Source: Basidiobolus meristosporus CBS 931.73
Lineage: Eukaryota > Fungi > Basidiobolomycota
Direction: 5' to 3'
DNA: 64,000 nucleotides
NCBI GenBank assembly: GCA_002104905.1
Contig: MCFE01000269.1
Span: 1-64,000 of the forward strand
Notes under the pieces: model-generated
Databases searched by the model: none
What the model saw: the letters and a program-made list of their open reading frames with translations, nothing else
Told to the model about the DNA's origin: nothing
Shown here: in pieces, positions 62,301 through 64,000 of the stretch
Position numbering within the stretch: the stretch's first letter is position 1
Layout: each line of letters starts with the position of its first letter
Made by a program: the position numbers and the translations under genes

Positions 62301-64000
62301 AGTCTGATATAGAGGCTTTGTGAATATATCGCCTAGGAAACGTTTACGGGGCACTAACCATACTCTTCACTTGCTTTGCTCACGTAGCGCAGTGCACTAA
62401 GAAGTCTCTGACCTGGCTGGTGAGATTCAGGGGTCATGGGTAGAAGGGACGTGATAAACGGCAACATCTCCCTAATCAATAGGCCGAGGAAACTACGCTG
62501 GCAGCCTGGAGTCCTACAGGGGCAGCAATCCATTTCACTGAAAAGGAATAGTTAGCCATATGCCATGCCCATATACAACATCAGGGCCCTGAATACCTAA
62601 ACGAAATGGCGATTCTTTGCAGAATTCTGTCACGAGAGAGAGTGTGTACCTTGGCATCCTTGATATGCTTTGGATATTTCACATCAGGAATCACGCTAGC
62701 ATACGAGTGAAAGTTAACTTTGGAACTCCATTCCAAAGTCTCACCCTTGCGGCTGCTAAGATTCTCGGCGCTAGTGCACCTGAGTTGTTTAATAAAGCTT
62801 GCCAGGGTATCCAGTATCGATTGAACTACATGCTTCGCTTATGAAAAGGCCAATCCCTCTGTTAGAGTGTGAAAGGTGGGGATCCCAGGTTGGAAGGTGC
62901 TCACCTGCGAAAGCTACAACCAGCGCTCTCAAAGACTCGATCATTGACTCGATTTTCAAGCTGTCATGCTTTTTCCACACCATGGACATAATTTGCCGGG
63001 CTTGAAGATCCACCAGCTTTGGGGTCCACTCAGGCCGTTGCTTCGCTAGCTGCTTCCCTATGTCGAATGCAGCCTTGGCAGGTTATAGCAAAGCTGAGAA
63101 CGAAAGAGCAGTCGGGGGAATTACCTCGGTTGGGAGTTGCGAAAGGGTTTGCCATAGGTCTAGCTCCCTGCCCTGCTCTTCGACAAAGCCAATGAAATCC
63201 CGCGCGGAGGAATCTACGACGGGAATCCGGTGAGTACTTGCTGCGTCCGCCATACAAACCACCACCAACCTTGATCTCGTCTCCAATCCAAATAGAACTG
63301 CCCGAAAAGTCGGTTTCTCAGGTCGGTTGACATGAGGTTAAGGCGTTCGTAGATACTGGGCCAACGGAAATTTTCTCGAAGTTCAACTGCGTTGTGGTGA
63401 CAAAATTAAACAAAATACTACGCGGTTGCTTACGGACTGCTTTTATTAGATGTTGATTGATCAATTGACGAGCATCGAAATTCCACTTAGGATACAAGGC
63501 TGCTAGTTGGATTGGAATCAATTTCGAGGCTTTTTGAGGTAGAGTTCAGACTCGTCGTCATGTCGTATTATCGTACAGGTTTTCAGCAGCAGCAGGCTGC
63601 AAATGTCCAGGACGATAACATTGAAGAGAGCATCAGGAGGGTAGAAGGTATGAGAGAGGCAGTGTACATTCCACTCATCTTCAAGTCCAACCTTTAATTT
63701 CCCGCCAAGATGTACTTAGTGAGGTTCAGCTCGAGTGGCGGTACTTGACATCCGAAGATGTATGTTCATGAGCTTCAGCGATTTAAAGGGCACTCTGTCT
63801 AATCCCCCGCAGTTCAATCCTGTCATATTGGCGTTGAGCCTGTTAGACAAAAGTTCCTTAGGAAAGGACATCAATGCATTTAAAGCTTTGCTGCTCAAAC
63901 TGGAGACAGCTATGGACGCCGTAGTTAATGGCAAGTGAAATCCGACTTACCCGCTTACCCAAAAGCCTAACACTGTATCCTGCCGCTAGATTATTATCAA
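59335..64000 (-). CDS. Large multi-exon gene for an unidentified, probably alpha-helical repeat protein; 5' end outside the window
   Basis: A chain of minus-strand Leu-rich exon ORFs with GT-AG junctions (63716-63934, 63318-63521, 63083-63286, 62789-63013, 62020-62277, 61779-61991, 60894-61385, 60544-60858, 60006-60449, 59873-60070, 59335-59640). No diagnostic motif was recognised. Confidence 0.75.

Overview
Eukaryotic DNA from a compact-gened, intron-rich fungus. The gene content (PUS10, NUDCD1, ferroportin) and the ~55-80 nt GT-AG introns suggest an early-diverging, non-Dikarya lineage; this is an inference. The window has two sharply separated halves. Bases 1 to ~38,800 are an almost CpG-free block of nested transposon relics. 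It holds one nearly intact Ty1/Copia element (4280-8965; 369-bp LTRs, perfect TACCA target-site duplication, half-tRNA-iMet primer site) inserted into the LTR of an older copy of its own family. It also holds a stack of a second Copia family (23.7-37.8 kb), a degenerate Ty3/Gypsy, a PIF/Harbinger fragment, and three copies of a CACTA/EnSpm-like DNA transposon, each lying near a divergently oriented ORF of unknown function (ORF-X). From ~38,800 to 64,000 the sequence is CpG-rich and gene-dense: a CTDSPL2-like pseudogene lacking its catalytic motif, a 49-aa basic microprotein gene, NUDCD1, an amino-acid permease, DPH6, SIZ1/PIAS, NUR1/MUG154, PUS10, a peroxisomal acyl-CoA dehydrogenase, ferroportin and a large unidentified helical-repeat gene running off the right edge. 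No rRNA, complete tRNA or CRISPR array was seen. All family assignments come from motifs recognised by eye, not from database searches.
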